Position numbers and translations under genes: made by a program. From Bacteroidales bacterium (GTDB lineage: Bacteria > Bacteroidota > Bacteroidia > Bacteroidales > NBLH01): a DNA stretch of 64,000 nucleotides. Position 1 is the stretch's first letter, and the number at the start of each line of letters is the position of its first letter. Positions 20,206-30,646 of the stretch are shown here, piece after piece. Where the stretch lies: assembly GCA_016937695.1 (NCBI GenBank), contig JAFGWC010000069.1, positions 13,244 to 77,243 of the forward strand, written 5' to 3'. Under the pieces are notes generated by a model, which was not told the origin of the DNA, searched no databases, and worked only from the letters and a program-made list of their open reading frames with translations.

Positions 20206-21771
20206 TTAGTTTTCGCCAAAACAATATAATAAACCATCGCGAGAAGCAACGTATATTCTTTTATTATAAACAACTGGTGTAGCCTCGATAGAGCCAGTTT
20301 CATAATGTGCAAGTAATTTGAAATTCATCTTTTCATCATGTTCAAAAAGATAAATCCCATTATATGTTGCTGCAATTATTCTATTTTGCAATATAATCGG
20401 AGTTGAAATAGCAGGCCCGGTTTTGTATTTAAAAATGAGTTCTGGTTTAGGATACAAGTGTTTTTTATTTGGTCCCAAAACTTTTTGTTCTGTATCAATT
20501 TTATTTGTATTAATAACATATAAGTTTTCATCGATAGCCGTAAATGCAGCAATATTAGGCACTACTTTAGTCGCAAAAGCTTTTTTGCTAGTATGATAGA
20601 AACTGTCTAATTCTGCTTTGTATTTATCGTTTATGCTAACCGAACCGATAATTCCTCCATGCCAAAAAACAAAGAATTTGTCAGCTACAGGAAAATACCA
20701 TATTACAGAACTATCTGCAGGTTTTGAAGGGTTTAATTTAAAAACACCACCTTTACCATCGATATACTCCTTCTCTAAAGAAACAAGCAAGCAATTATCA
20801 TGAGTTATTACAGGAGAACCATCCATATCTGCGCCTGTAAAAAAATCCCAATCAAGTTTTTTAGTTAAAATGTTATATCCGTAAACATGTCCCGCACCAG
20901 AAGAAACATAAACTCTGTTTTTTAGTTGGCTTGGAGATGATTCAGTAACTAAATTTCCCCGATGCTTAAGTTTATCAGTTTTTTTATACATAGTATCTTG
21001 GAAAAAAACTTCAGGTTGTTTTATTCCATCTATCAGTTTTGTTTTTTTTGGATTTGGATTAAAAACAGTAAAAAGACCATTTTCTAGTCCAATATAGGCT
21101 GTGTCGTTTATTATTATTGCAGATGCATCAACATCTCTGCTATAGCTATCGGTTTTTGTACTATTATATTGCCAAACGTCTTTTCCATTTATGAAGGAAA
21201 TAGCTCTAAAACTAGGAACTACTTTACTACTATTCGTGCGATTATTACCTTTTCTACTTCCTTGCAGAATTAAATATCTATCTGTAATTGAGTCAGCATA
21301 AGGATTTACAATAAAAGTTCCTGTTCCCTTTATAACATCTTCAAACTCGTACTGCCAAATTATTTTACCTGTTTCAGCATCGATTTTTTTTAAACGATGA
21401 TCGTAAGAGCCTTGTATTAAATACAAAACGGAGTTTTGCTTAATTAAAAGAGGTTGCCCTGTCCAGCCAGCGCCAGACCATTTTTTAAGCTGACTTCCTA
21501 CTTTTGTTGTGCCTGTACCAAGGTTTATTTTCCAAATGAGATTTAATTTTGAAGGAGCTTCATTTCCATAATAATTTCTTTGGTTATTGCCCAAAAAAGT
21601 TGATGAAATCACTTCAATATTATCAGCATTAAGTAATGAATCTATTATTGATATTTTTTCAACTATTTTGTTTTCTTCTGTATTATCAGAATTAATATTG
21701 CAAGCATAAAAAGAAGCTGTAAATAAAAAAAAAGCCCCCAAAAAGAGCTTTGTAATATGTTTTATTTTCAC
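20206..21771 (-). CDS. PQQ-like beta-propeller repeat lipoprotein
   Basis: 521 aa with signal plus lipobox (FYAC). Repeated ...G(K)xxWxY/F... blade motifs include GKIIWQYEF, GKDVWQYN and KKLDWDFF, and the protein ends in DGLLYCFG. Confidence 0.6.
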   Translation of the reverse strand: MKIKHITKLFLGAFFLFTASFYACNINSDNTEENKIVEKISIIDSLLNADNIEVISSTFLGNNQRNYYGNEAPSKLNLIWKINLGTGTTKVGSQLKKWSGAGWTGQPLLIKQNSVLYLIQGSYDHRLKKIDAETGKIIWQYEFEDVIKGTGTFIVNPYADSITDRYLILQGSRKGNNRTNSSKVVPSFRAISFINGKDVWQYNSTKTDSYSRDVDASAIIINDTAYIGLENGLFTVFNPNPKKTKLIDGIKQPEVFFQDTMYKKTDKLKHRGNLVTESSPSQLKNRVYVSSGAGHVYGYNILTKKLDWDFFTGADMDGSPVITHDNCLLVSLEKEYIDGKGGVFKLNPSKPADSSVIWYFPVADKFFVFWHGGIIGSVSINDKYKAELDSFYHTSKKAFATKVVPNIAAFTAIDENLYVINTNKIDTEQKVLGPNKKHLYPKPELIFKYKTGPAISTPIILQNRIIAATYNGIYLFEHDEKMNFKLLAHYETGSIEATPVVYNKRIYVASRDGLLYCFGEN

Positions 21772-21808
21772 GAAAAAAATATTATAAGTTTAAATCTAGA
21801 TAGTTTTT

Positions 21809-22783
21809 TTATTCAAAAATATGAGTATTTGCATTTGAAGACATTTCTATCATTTCAGCATATTCTTCATCAGTTAAATCATTATAATAGAAATTTACCG
21901 GATTTACAAATTTTCCATTTATTCTAACTTCATAATGTAAATGAGGACTAGTAGAAAGACCTGTGCTTCCAACGTAACCAATAACATCTCCACGCTTAAC
22001 TTTTTGTCCTGGGCGTACAATGAATTTATTCATGTGTCCATATAAAGTCATATACCCATAACCGTGATTTATTCTAACGCAGTTTCCATATCCACCTGCC
22101 CAATCAGCACGTGTTACAATACCATTGCCACTTGCATGAATTTCTGTTCCTCTTGGTGCAGTTAAATCAATGCCAGTATGCATTTTTAAAATTTTGTAAA
22201 TTGGATGAATTCTGTATCCAAATGCTGAACCAAATCTTGTTAATTCGTTTAAAGCTATTGGTTGTATTGCAGGAATGCTTGCAAGCATTTTTTCTTTATC
22301 TTTAACTAAATCAATAACTTCATCAAAAGATTTAGATTGAACAACAAGTTGTTTTGAAAGAATATCTAAACGTTTTGCTGTAGATTTTAATATATTTAAA
22401 TTTTCTGAGCCTTCATAAATTTTATACTTATCTACACCACCAAAACCAGCTTTCCTAACAGATTGAGGAATTGGATTAGCTTGAAAAATCTTACGATAAA
22501 TATTATCATCTCTATTTTCAACTTCATCTAAAGAGCCTTCAGCTTCAGCCATTTGTCTGTTTAGCATGTCAAACTTTAAAATTAAAGCTGATTTTTCTTC
22601 TTCTAATTGTTTTTCTATAGGTGATTTTATAATAAATGAACTAAGGACAAATATTATAACTCCGATAATTGCAGAAATAGCAAATTTTGGTAGAAACTTT
22701 TTATAAACTCTTGTCTTAAAGTCTAATTTGACTTTCGAATAAATTAATGTTTCAGGATCAAAATGGTATTTGTATGCACTCAT
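21809..22783 (-). CDS. M23-family peptidoglycan metalloendopeptidase
   Basis: N-terminal TM segment and coiled coil. The C-terminal LytM domain carries HTGIDL and GSTGLSTSPHLHYEV. Confidence 0.85.
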   Translation of the reverse strand: MSAYKYHFDPETLIYSKVKLDFKTRVYKKFLPKFAISAIIGVIIFVLSSFIIKSPIEKQLEEEKSALILKFDMLNRQMAEAEGSLDEVENRDDNIYRKIFQANPIPQSVRKAGFGGVDKYKIYEGSENLNILKSTAKRLDILSKQLVVQSKSFDEVIDLVKDKEKMLASIPAIQPIALNELTRFGSAFGYRIHPIYKILKMHTGIDLTAPRGTEIHASGNGIVTRADWAGGYGNCVRINHGYGYMTLYGHMNKFIVRPGQKVKRGDVIGYVGSTGLSTSPHLHYEVRINGKFVNPVNFYYNDLTDEEYAEMIEMSSNANTHIFE

Positions 22784-22831
22784 TCTTTATTTTTTTGATG
22801 AAAAATATATTGATTTTTCATATTAGTACGG

Positions 22832-22839
22832 CAAATGTA
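22832..22839 (-). promoter_or_regulatory. candidate -7 box (TACATTTG on the minus strand) for the M23 peptidase gene
   Basis: The plus-strand caaatgta is the reverse complement of TAnnTTTG and lies about 49 nt upstream of the start codon at 22783. No clean -33 TTTG was seen. Confidence 0.3.
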
Positions 22840-23192
22840 ATAAAATAATTTTATTATGCAAGTAAAATTAAAAATATTTGACAATAAAACTGTACTTTTT
22901 TACAAAGCAAATATCAAGCCATTATCTAAAGATATTAGCTAATATTTCATAATGTCCTGAAAATCAATAAGTTACTTGGTTTTAGCGAGGTTTAACTGGT
23001 TTATAAAAAAATATTAACTTTTTATTAACATTTATTAAAGTTATTTAACATAATTATTTATTCAATCTTCAAATTATGAATGGTTATTTGATAAACAGAC
23101 TTTTTTTTTATGTTAATGGTTGCTTGTTAATTTTTTTCGATACAAATGTAATAAAAAACTGATTTGAATTATATAATTTAACTTTTATTAAA

Positions 23193-23200
23193 TAATTTTG
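23193..23200 (+). promoter_or_regulatory. candidate -7 box (TAATTTTG) for alaS
   Basis: Matches TAnnTTTG and ends 30 nt upstream of the alaS ATG at 23230. Confidence 0.35.
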
Positions 23201-23229
23201 AGGACTTTTTTATAGAAAAAATAAAATTT

Positions 23230-25851
23230 ATGACTTCAAACGAAATAAGAAAAGCTTTTTTAGATTTTTTTGAATCTAAAAATCATAAAATAGTAGCATC
23301 AGCGCCAATGGTTGTGAAAAATGACCCAACTTTGATGTTTACAAATGCAGGAATGAATCAATTTAAAGATATTTTTTTAGGCCAGTCTGCAATTAAAGAA
23401 AAACGAATTGCTGATTCACAAAAGTGTTTGAGAGTTTCTGGAAAGCATAATGATTTAGAGGAAGTTGGACACGACACATATCATCATACAATGTTTGAAA
23501 TGCTTGGTAATTGGTCGTTTGGAGATTATTTTAAAACTGAAGCAATTGATTGGGCATGGGAATTTTTAGTTGAAACGTTAAATGTTTCTAAAGATAGATT
23601 ATATGCAACTGTTTTTGAAGGAGATAAAACAGATAAATTAGATGCTGATGATGAGGCAAAAGAATTGTGGCTTAAATATTTAGATGAAAATAGTGTATTG
23701 TATGGCTCAAAAAAGGATAATTTCTGGGAAATGGGTGATAGTGGTCCATGTGGCCCGTGTTCTGAAATTCATATAGATTTAAGAGATGATGAGGCTAGAG
23801 AAAAAATATCAGGGAAAGAGCTTGTTAACAAAGATCATCCATTAGTAATTGAAATCTGGAATCTGGTTTTTATTCAATATGACAGAAAATCAGATGGTAT
23901 TTTGGAGGAATTGCCTCATAAACATGTAGATACAGGTATGGGATTTGAACGATTAGCAATGGTTGTTCAGGGCAAGAAGTCAAATTATGATACAGATATC
24001 TTTCAACCAATAATTTCTGAAATTGGAAGGATTTCTAATTTTAAATATGGCGAGAATGAGGAAAAAGACATCGCAATGCGAGTTATTGCAGACCATTTGC
24101 GTACAATTTCATTTGCTATTGCAGATGGACAATTACCATCTAATAATAAAGCCGGCTATGTAATACGTAGAATTTTAAGAAGAGCTGTAAGATATGCTTA
24201 TACATTTCTAAATGTTGAAGAACCATTAATCTATAAATTAACAGACGTATTAATTGAAGTAATGGGAAAGGCATATCCTGAACTTAAAAAACAAAACCAT
24301 TTAATTAAAAGAGTTATTAAAGAGGAAGAAAGTTCTTTTTTAAGAACTCTAGCAACAGGAATTAATTTATTAGATAAGATAATTGAGAATACTAAATTGT
24401 CTAATTATAAGGTCGTTAGTGGGAAACAGGCATTTGAATTGTATGATACTTTTGGATTTCCTCTTGATTTAACAGAACTAATATTGAGAGAAAATGACTT
24501 AATTGTTAGTAAAAGAGAGTTTGATGAAGAAATGGCTGCTCAGAAATCAAGATCGAGAGAAGCAGCAAATGTGGAAACAGATGATTGGGTAATAGTAAGA
24601 GATGATGATGTTGAAGAGTTTGTAGGATATGATTTTCTTGAAACAAGTCTCAAAATAACCAGATACAGAAAGATTAAGTCAAAAGGTAAAGAATTGTATC
24701 AGCTAGTTTTTAATTTAACTCCCTTTTATGCAGAAAGCGGCGGGCAAGTTGGAGATAAAGGCTATATTGAAAATGACACAGAAAAAATATATGTGTTAGA
24801 TACTCAAAAAGAGCATAATATGATTATTCATATTACAGAAAAACTACCTAATGAATTTGATTCTGAATTTAGAGCATTTGTTAATGTTGATAAAAGAAAG
24901 CATACTGAATCAAATCATTCGGCTACACATTTATTACACTTTGCATTAAGAAAAGTTTTAGGAGAGCATGTTGAGCAAAAAGGCTCTTTGGTTGATGATA
25001 AACATTTAAGGTTTGATTTTTCTCATTTTCAAAAGATGACAAAAGAAGAACTTTTAGAAGTTGAATTTGAGGTTAATGATTTGATTAGAAGGAATATACA
25101 GCTTGTTGAAAAAAGAAATATTCCAATTCAAAAGGCTCAAGAGTTAGGTGCGCTTTCGCTTTTTGGCGAAAAATATGGTGATGTTGTACGTGTAATTAAA
25201 TTTGAAGATTCTATTGAGTTTTGTGGTGGCACACATGTAAATGCAACTGGCGAAATAGGATATTTTGTAATTACTTCAGAATCTGCAATTGCCTCAGGAA
25301 TTAGAAGAATTGAGGCTATTACATCGCTTAATGCAGAAAAATTTTTAAAAGAGGAATTAAGCACTTTAACAGATATAAAATCATTATTTAAAAATCAGAA
25401 AGATTTAGTTAATTCTGTGGAAGAATTAATTAGTGAAAATTTGCAATTAAAAAAACAGATTGAAGAATTCAATAAGCAAAAAGCTATGAATATAAAGTCT
25501 GATTTAGTAAAGAAAGTGATTAGACATAATGGTATTAATATTATTGCAGAAGAGATAGACATAGATTCAGCTCAGAGTGTGAAGGATATTGCTTTTCAAT
25601 TAAAAGGAGAAATTGAAAATTTGTTTCTTGTTATTGGCATAAAAACAGGAGATAAAGCAAACATAAGCGTAATGATTTCTGAAAATCTGGTAAAAGAAAA
25701 AGAATTACATGCCGGAAATATAATAAAAGAAATATCGAAAGAAATAGATGGTGGAGGTGGAGGTCAGGCATTTTTTGCAACTGCTGGAGGCAAAAATCCC
25801 AAAGGAATAAAAAATGCTATTGATAAAGCTAAAGGATTTGTTGGTTTGTAG
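23230..25851 (+). CDS. alaS: alanine--tRNA ligase
   Basis: 873 aa. Class II AlaRS motifs are present ([39 protein letters not shown]), along with the editing-domain HSATHLL...CGGTH and a C-terminal DHHA1-like GGGGG region. Confidence 0.95.
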   Translation: MTSNEIRKAFLDFFESKNHKIVASAPMVVKNDPTLMFTNAGMNQFKDIFLGQSAIKEKRIADSQKCLRVSGKHNDLEEVGHDTYHHTMFEMLGNWSFGDYFKTEAIDWAWEFLVETLNVSKDRLYATVFEGDKTDKLDADDEAKELWLKYLDENSVLYGSKKDNFWEMGDSGPCGPCSEIHIDLRDDEAREKISGKELVNKDHPLVIEIWNLVFIQYDRKSDGILEELPHKHVDTGMGFERLAMVVQGKKSNYDTDIFQPIISEIGRISNFKYGENEEKDIAMRVIADHLRTISFAIADGQLPSNNKAGYVIRRILRRAVRYAYTFLNVEEPLIYKLTDVLIEVMGKAYPELKKQNHLIKRVIKEEESSFLRTLATGINLLDKIIENTKLSNYKVVSGKQAFELYDTFGFPLDLTELILRENDLIVSKREFDEEMAAQKSRSREAANVETDDWVIVRDDDVEEFVGYDFLETSLKITRYRKIKSKGKELYQLVFNLTPFYAESGGQVGDKGYIENDTEKIYVLDTQKEHNMIIHITEKLPNEFDSEFRAFVNVDKRKHTESNHSATHLLHFALRKVLGEHVEQKGSLVDDKHLRFDFSHFQKMTKEELLEVEFEVNDLIRRNIQLVEKRNIPIQKAQELGALSLFGEKYGDVVRVIKFEDSIEFCGGTHVNATGEIGYFVITSESAIASGIRRIEAITSLNAEKFLKEELSTLTDIKSLFKNQKDLVNSVEELISENLQLKKQIEEFNKQKAMNIKSDLVKKVIRHNGINIIAEEIDIDSAQSVKDIAFQLKGEIENLFLVIGIKTGDKANISVMISENLVKEKELHAGNIIKEISKEIDGGGGGQAFFATAGGKNPKGIKNAIDKAKGFVGL

Positions 25852-26014
25852 AAAATTGTCTGTTAAGTTTCTGATTTGTAGTTATTTGATAGGTTTTTAA
25901 GAATTAGCAATTGGAATTTTTAGGAAATTAAATATTTAAGATTCTAATTGCTAATAGCCAATAAATAAGTTAGTTGCAAAATCAAAACATTTTAGCTATT
26001 ACTGATATCTTAAT

Positions 26015-26875
26015 CTATTGAAAAGCAGTTTGATTTAATTTAGCGATTAGAATTTTAGAAATTTTATTGTAATATCTTCTTTGCTTAAAAGCTAAAACCC
26101 ATTTTATACCTGAAACAGCATTTGTCAAAAAAACTTCATCAGCAGAAATTAAATCTTTAGAATTTAGAGGTGTATTGTCTATTATGTTGAAATTTAATGT
26201 TTTAGATATGTCTATTATTTTATTTCTTATAATTCCGTTTAAACAACCGGATGAAAGTGGTGGCGTGTAAATATTATTTTCTTTTACTAAAAACAGATTT
26301 GAGCTTATCGCTTCAACCATATTTCCTTTTTCGTTTAATACTATGCAATCGTCAAGTTTTTTTTCTGACTTGTATATTCCGGCAATAACAAAATAAATTG
26401 AACTAGTAATCTTTAAATTTGATAATTTATTGTTCGGTTTAGGAATATCTTCGAAAATATCAATTATTAATCCATTGCTATTTAATTGATATTCAGCGGT
26501 TTCTAGTTTTTCGGTTTGAATTAAATAATCAACTTCGTTATTAGTAGGAGTATATAAGCCTCCTGATTTTCTAAAAACAGTAATTCTTATTTTTGCGGCA
26601 ATATGAAATTTGTTTTTATTTAAAAGTTTAAAGATTTCTTTTTGAATACCTAAAGTGTCAATGCTAAATCTTACCGGAACTTCCATTTTTAAAATTTTCA
26701 TGCTTCTTATAAGGCGGTCGATATGATCGTAAAAAAAGTGAACTTTTCCACCTGCAGCATGCATAGTTTCAAATAAACCATCACCATATAAAAAGGCTCT
26801 GTTGTTTAAGTCAAGTTTAAACTCATCTTCGGTAAATATTTTACCGTTAAAACTTATATATTTTGAGTTATCCAT
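26015..26875 (-). CDS. class IV aminotransferase-fold protein (aminodeoxychorismate lyase/BCAT-like)
   Basis: 286 aa. The N-terminal NRAFLYGDGLFET and the overall class IV layout are present. Specificity is not determinable from sequence alone. Confidence 0.7.
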   Translation of the reverse strand: MDNSKYISFNGKIFTEDEFKLDLNNRAFLYGDGLFETMHAAGGKVHFFYDHIDRLIRSMKILKMEVPVRFSIDTLGIQKEIFKLLNKNKFHIAAKIRITVFRKSGGLYTPTNNEVDYLIQTEKLETAEYQLNSNGLIIDIFEDIPKPNNKLSNLKITSSIYFVIAGIYKSEKKLDDCIVLNEKGNMVEAISSNLFLVKENNIYTPPLSSGCLNGIIRNKIIDISKTLNFNIIDNTPLNSKDLISADEVFLTNAVSGIKWVLAFKQRRYYNKISKILIAKLNQTAFQ

Positions 26876-26880
26876 TATAT

Positions 26881-27393
26881 TTATTCTAAAATATAGGAAT
26901 ATCCGGCTTTTACAATTTCATCGAATAAATTTTTATTCGCATTAATTTTTATGCTTTTAATTCCGGCTTTTTCACCTGCCATAATATCTCTTTCAGAATC
27001 GCCTATAAAAAAAGACTTTTCTATATCAATTTTATATCTGGCAACAGCTTTTTCTAAAAGAAGAGAGTCAGGTTTTCTGCAAATACATTTTTCAATATCA
27101 GAATGATGTGGACAGAAGTAGCTATCAGTTATTTTTATATTTTCTTTTTCGAAAATTTCATTAATATGGGTTTGGAGATTTTCAACATCAGTAATAGAAA
27201 AAGCTTTTTTAGAAATACCGCCTTGATTTGAAATTATTATTAATATAAAACCTTTATCGTAAAATATTTTCAAGCTCTTTATTACTCCATCGTTTAAAAT
27301 AAAGTCTTCTTTTTTGAAAGTGTAATAAGTATTTGAATTATTGTTAATTACACCATCTCTATCAAGAAAAATTGCTTTGTTTTTTTTCGGCAT
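26881..27393 (-). CDS. HAD-IIIA phosphatase (D,D-heptose 1,7-bisphosphate phosphatase GmhB-like)
   Basis: Contains FLDRDGVIN, SNQGGI, the Zn-finger-like insert CPHHSDIEKCICRKP, and GDSERD. Confidence 0.7.
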   Translation of the reverse strand: MPKKNKAIFLDRDGVINNNSNTYYTFKKEDFILNDGVIKSLKIFYDKGFILIIISNQGGISKKAFSITDVENLQTHINEIFEKENIKITDSYFCPHHSDIEKCICRKPDSLLLEKAVARYKIDIEKSFFIGDSERDIMAGEKAGIKSIKINANKNLFDEIVKAGYSYILE

Positions 27394-27394
27394 T

Positions 27395-28006
27395 TTATGA
27401 GTATATCAAATTATTTATAAACACTTGTATTAATTCCGGCTTAAAAATAACAGGAAATATAAATCCAAAAATAGCGCCTGCAAAGTGTGCATCATGATTA
27501 ATATTGTCATTATCTTTTTTACTCATATATTGAGAATAAGCTAGATATGCGATTCCAAAAACAAAACCGGGAATTGGAATCGGGATTAAAAAAAGGTAAA
27601 TACTCATTTTTGGATCGAAAAATATTGCTGTAAATAATACTGCTGCAACTGCACCTGATGCGCCAATTGAGTTATACCAATGATTGTTTTTGTGTTTTAA
27701 CACAGAAGGTATTGATGCGATTATTATTCCTAAAATGTAAAGTAAAACATATAAAAGTATGCCGTTATTAAAATAGAAACTTAAAAAATGCTCTGCATAT
27801 TTCCCAAAGAAAAATAAGGTAAACATATTGAAAAAAAGATGAGTCCAATCTGCGTGAAGCATTGCATGAGATAATATTCTGTAATATTCTTTTTTATGGT
27901 ATATCATGTATGGATTTAACTTCAATTTATCAAAAATATTTTTATTGCTAAAAGCTAAGATTGATACAATAGAAGTTAATAATATTATAATTAATGTAAT
28001 ATTCAT
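27395..28006 (-). CDS. rhomboid-family intramembrane serine protease
   Basis: Six hydrophobic segments. It has the HxxxxHxxxN-like HADWTHLFFNM, the catalytic GASGAV, and a downstream H in AHFAGAIFG. Confidence 0.8.
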   Translation of the reverse strand: MNITLIIILLTSIVSILAFSNKNIFDKLKLNPYMIYHKKEYYRILSHAMLHADWTHLFFNMFTLFFFGKYAEHFLSFYFNNGILLYVLLYILGIIIASIPSVLKHKNNHWYNSIGASGAVAAVLFTAIFFDPKMSIYLFLIPIPIPGFVFGIAYLAYSQYMSKKDNDNINHDAHFAGAIFGFIFPVIFKPELIQVFINNLIYS

Positions 28007-28110
28007 TTTACAAGTTTTATTGTTTTTTAAGCCGCAAAGATAATAAATTTAATATTTCTTATAATATTAAAATGTTAATGAAATTTAGTATTTTAATATT
28101 AGTTGCAAAT

Positions 28111-28146
28111 AAAAAAGAGACTGTTAATAAAAACAATCTCTTTTTC
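28111..28146 (-). terminator. rho-independent terminator downstream of the acyl-CoA synthetase gene
   Basis: The minus-strand RNA reads agagattgt-loop-acagtctct (9 bp including one U.G pair), followed by a U-run. It lies about 25 nt past the stop at 28169. Confidence 0.55.
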
Positions 28147-28168
28147 CTAAATAAAAACTCATTGGCTT

Positions 28169-29977
28169 TTAAGCCGAAGGAATTCCAACAAGACCAAGTT
28201 CGTCGGTTTTTCCATAAAGTCTGTCTAATTTAATTTTGTATTTTTCTTTTAAGAAACGACGTTTAACTTTAAGAGTTGGTGAAAGTTCACCTGTTTCAGG
28301 CAACCATTCCTGACAAGTTAGTTCAAATTTCTTAAGTTGTTCATGTCTTCCTAATATTTGGTTTATTCTATCAACTTCTTGCTGAAAACGCTCAATTACT
28401 TTAGGAATCTGAATTAAATCTTTATTATCTCGATATTTAATATTGTGTATTGAACACCAATCGTGTAAATATTCGAAAGAAGGGCAAATTATTGCGGCAG
28501 CAAATTTCTCATCAGCACCAACTACCATAATTTGTTCAATAAATGAAGATTCTTTAAATTTATTTTCAACAACTTGAGGTGCAATATATTTACCTGTAGA
28601 AAGCTTAAACATTTCTTTTTTTCTATCGGTAATTGTTAAAATATTTCTATCGTCTAGCTCGCCAATATCGCCTGTGTGAAACCAACCATCTTCATCAATT
28701 ACTTCACTTGTTTTTTGAGGATCTTTATAATATCCCATCATAAGATTTGGGCCTTTCATTAAAATTTCTCCATCATCGGCAATTTTAACTTGAACTTTTT
28801 CAATAATAGGTCCAACAGAACCAAATTTCAAATTAGGATATTCAACATGATTTACTGAAATAACAGGTGAGGTTTCTGTCAACCCATATCCTTCTTGAAC
28901 TTTAACTTTTGCAGCATGAAATACTCTCGCAAGTCTTGGTTGAAGAGCAGCTCCGCCCGATACAATTACTTTTGCATTTCCGCCAAGTGCTTCACGCCAT
29001 TTGCTGAAAATCAGTTTATCCGCAATTTTTAATTTTAAATTATAGAAAGCACCATTTGCATTATTTAGTTCATATTTTAGTCCTAAATCAACAGCCCAAA
29101 AGAAAAGTGTTTTTTTTATGCCGCTAAGCTCTTTGCCTTTCATTATTATTTTATCATAAAGTTTTTCAATAACTCTAGGAACACAAACAAAACCTGCAGG
29201 ATGAACTTCCTTTAAATTTTCACCTAATGTTTCAATACTTTCGGCATAATAAACAGAATTTCCATTGTATTGGAATAAATAATTTACCATTCTTTCAAGC
29301 ACATGGCAAAGTGGTAAAAAGCTTAATGTTTTTTCGTCATGATCAAGAGGTAAAATGTCTTTTGTTGCTAATACATTGGTAATAAAGTTATTGTGGCTTA
29401 ACATAACGCCTTTTGAAAGTCCTGTTGTTCCAGAAGTGTAAATTATTGAGAATAAATCCATTGGATCAATCTTGTCTTTTCTTTTTATAAGAGCTTCTCT
29501 ATGTTTGTCTGCATTTTTTTTGCCCAAATTTATAATTTCCATCCAATTAGGAATGCCTTCAATTTCGTCGAAAGTATAAACTTTCTCTATGTTTTTTGAT
29601 TTTTGTGAAATAGGTAAAATTCTGTCGTAAAGTTCTTTTGAAGAAAGAATCATAATTCTTGCATCAGAATGACTTATAACGTGCTCGTATTCAGCTGGTC
29701 CAATTGTTGGGTAAATAGGAACGTGAACTGCTCCAACTTGGCCCATTCCCATATCAATAAAATTCCATTCCGGACGATTGTTTGAAACAGTGGCTATCTT
29801 ATCGCCTTTGTTAAATCCCATTTCCAGTAATCCATAGCTGAAATTATCAACAAATTCTTTATATTGATCTGTACTAAAAGTTTCCCATTTCCCGAATCTT
29901 TTCACAGCTAATGCATCGTCTCTTTTGTATTTTTCAACAAGTTGGTCAACGATGTCGAAGGTTCTCCTAACTTCCAT
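28169..29977 (-). CDS. long-chain fatty acid--CoA ligase (AMP-forming)
   Basis: 602 aa. It has the AMP-binding motif YTSGTTGLSKGVMLSH, plus GYGLTETS, TGDIG and the C-terminal PTLKVKR. Confidence 0.85.
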   Translation of the reverse strand: MEVRRTFDIVDQLVEKYKRDDALAVKRFGKWETFSTDQYKEFVDNFSYGLLEMGFNKGDKIATVSNNRPEWNFIDMGMGQVGAVHVPIYPTIGPAEYEHVISHSDARIMILSSKELYDRILPISQKSKNIEKVYTFDEIEGIPNWMEIINLGKKNADKHREALIKRKDKIDPMDLFSIIYTSGTTGLSKGVMLSHNNFITNVLATKDILPLDHDEKTLSFLPLCHVLERMVNYLFQYNGNSVYYAESIETLGENLKEVHPAGFVCVPRVIEKLYDKIIMKGKELSGIKKTLFFWAVDLGLKYELNNANGAFYNLKLKIADKLIFSKWREALGGNAKVIVSGGAALQPRLARVFHAAKVKVQEGYGLTETSPVISVNHVEYPNLKFGSVGPIIEKVQVKIADDGEILMKGPNLMMGYYKDPQKTSEVIDEDGWFHTGDIGELDDRNILTITDRKKEMFKLSTGKYIAPQVVENKFKESSFIEQIMVVGADEKFAAAIICPSFEYLHDWCSIHNIKYRDNKDLIQIPKVIERFQQEVDRINQILGRHEQLKKFELTCQEWLPETGELSPTLKVKRRFLKEKYKIKLDRLYGKTDELGLVGIPSA

Positions 29978-30030
29978 TATATTTGATTTTAAGTTACGTT
30001 AATTAGATTAGATTTATTTTCAAAAGTAAG

Positions 30031-30073
30031 AAAAAAATAATGAAAAGCAGAAGCTTTAATAAAAAAAAGCTTC
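30031..30073 (-). terminator. possible terminator after the phasin-like gene pair
   Basis: 8-bp stem gaagcttt (30050-30057) / aaagcttc (30066-30073) with an 8-nt loop. On the minus strand it is followed by the U-rich tract UGCUUUUCAUUAUUUUUUU. Confidence 0.4.
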
Positions 30074-30193
30074 ATTATTACAAGATAATCAGTGCAATAC
30101 AATTTAAAATCAATAAATAATTGAAAGTTAATTCATTTATTATGATATATTTATATGTATATTGAAGCAAGTTTGCAAATATTTTTTTATAAT

Positions 30194-30571
30194 TTAACTT
30201 TCTTTTTGCTCCGAATCTTTACTTGAAGGTTTTGCTTTTGATTTTTTTTGCGTAGGTTTCTTTGTTGTAGGTTTTTTCTTGTTTAAAGCTTTTTCAAGTT
30301 CTGAAATTCTTGTGTTTAAATCAGCAATTTCATTTATTGTGGCAAAACTAAATGAGCTAATTAATTGATTTACAAGCTTGTCGAATTGTACTTCAAGTTC
30401 TTCTTTTTTTGTTTCTGCATTTTTAATAAATTCGTCAACAATCTGTTTCCCATCTTTCTCAGATAGTTTACCTTCTTCAATAAAAGCGTCAATTAGTTTT
30501 TTTAGTTTATCGCCTGTTAATGATATCCATCCAACACCTGTATATATGAATTTTTTGAAAAAATCTTCCAT
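30194..30571 (-). CDS. phasin-like (COG3937-type) coiled-coil protein with a lysine-rich C-terminal tail
   Basis: 125 aa. The N-terminal FKKFIYTGVGWISLTGDKLKKLID...EEGKLSEKDGK pattern is typical of PHA-granule regulator/phasin-like proteins. The tail is KKKPTTKKPTQKKSKAKPSSKDSEQKES. Confidence 0.55.
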   Translation of the reverse strand: MEDFFKKFIYTGVGWISLTGDKLKKLIDAFIEEGKLSEKDGKQIVDEFIKNAETKKEELEVQFDKLVNQLISSFSFATINEIADLNTRISELEKALNKKKPTTKKPTQKKSKAKPSSKDSEQKES

Positions 30572-30646
30572 GTTTTTAAATTTAGAAATTGAACATTAAA
30601 TTTATTGTTGTAATTATTTATTAATTTGTTTTATGAAATTAGTGCT

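Noticed and set aside
22784-23229. T-box leader, attenuator or known structured RNA (6S, SRP, tmRNA, RNase P) in the long spacer upstream of alaS.
   Set aside because: No GC-containing helices, specifier/T-box sequence or other conserved RNA signatures are visible, and T-box control is not characteristic of Bacteroidota.
25904-25954. 12-bp inverted repeat (ttagcaattgga / tctaattgctaa) in the alaS/aminotransferase convergent spacer. Its arm shares the 15-mer ttctaattgctaata with 47038-47052 downstream of pyk, which could indicate a REP-like repeated palindromic element.
   Set aside because: With this base composition, roughly tens of exact 15-mer matches are expected by chance in 64 kb. There are only two copies, the loop is 27 nt, and no T-run follows. 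They may be weak terminators, but a repeat family cannot be claimed.
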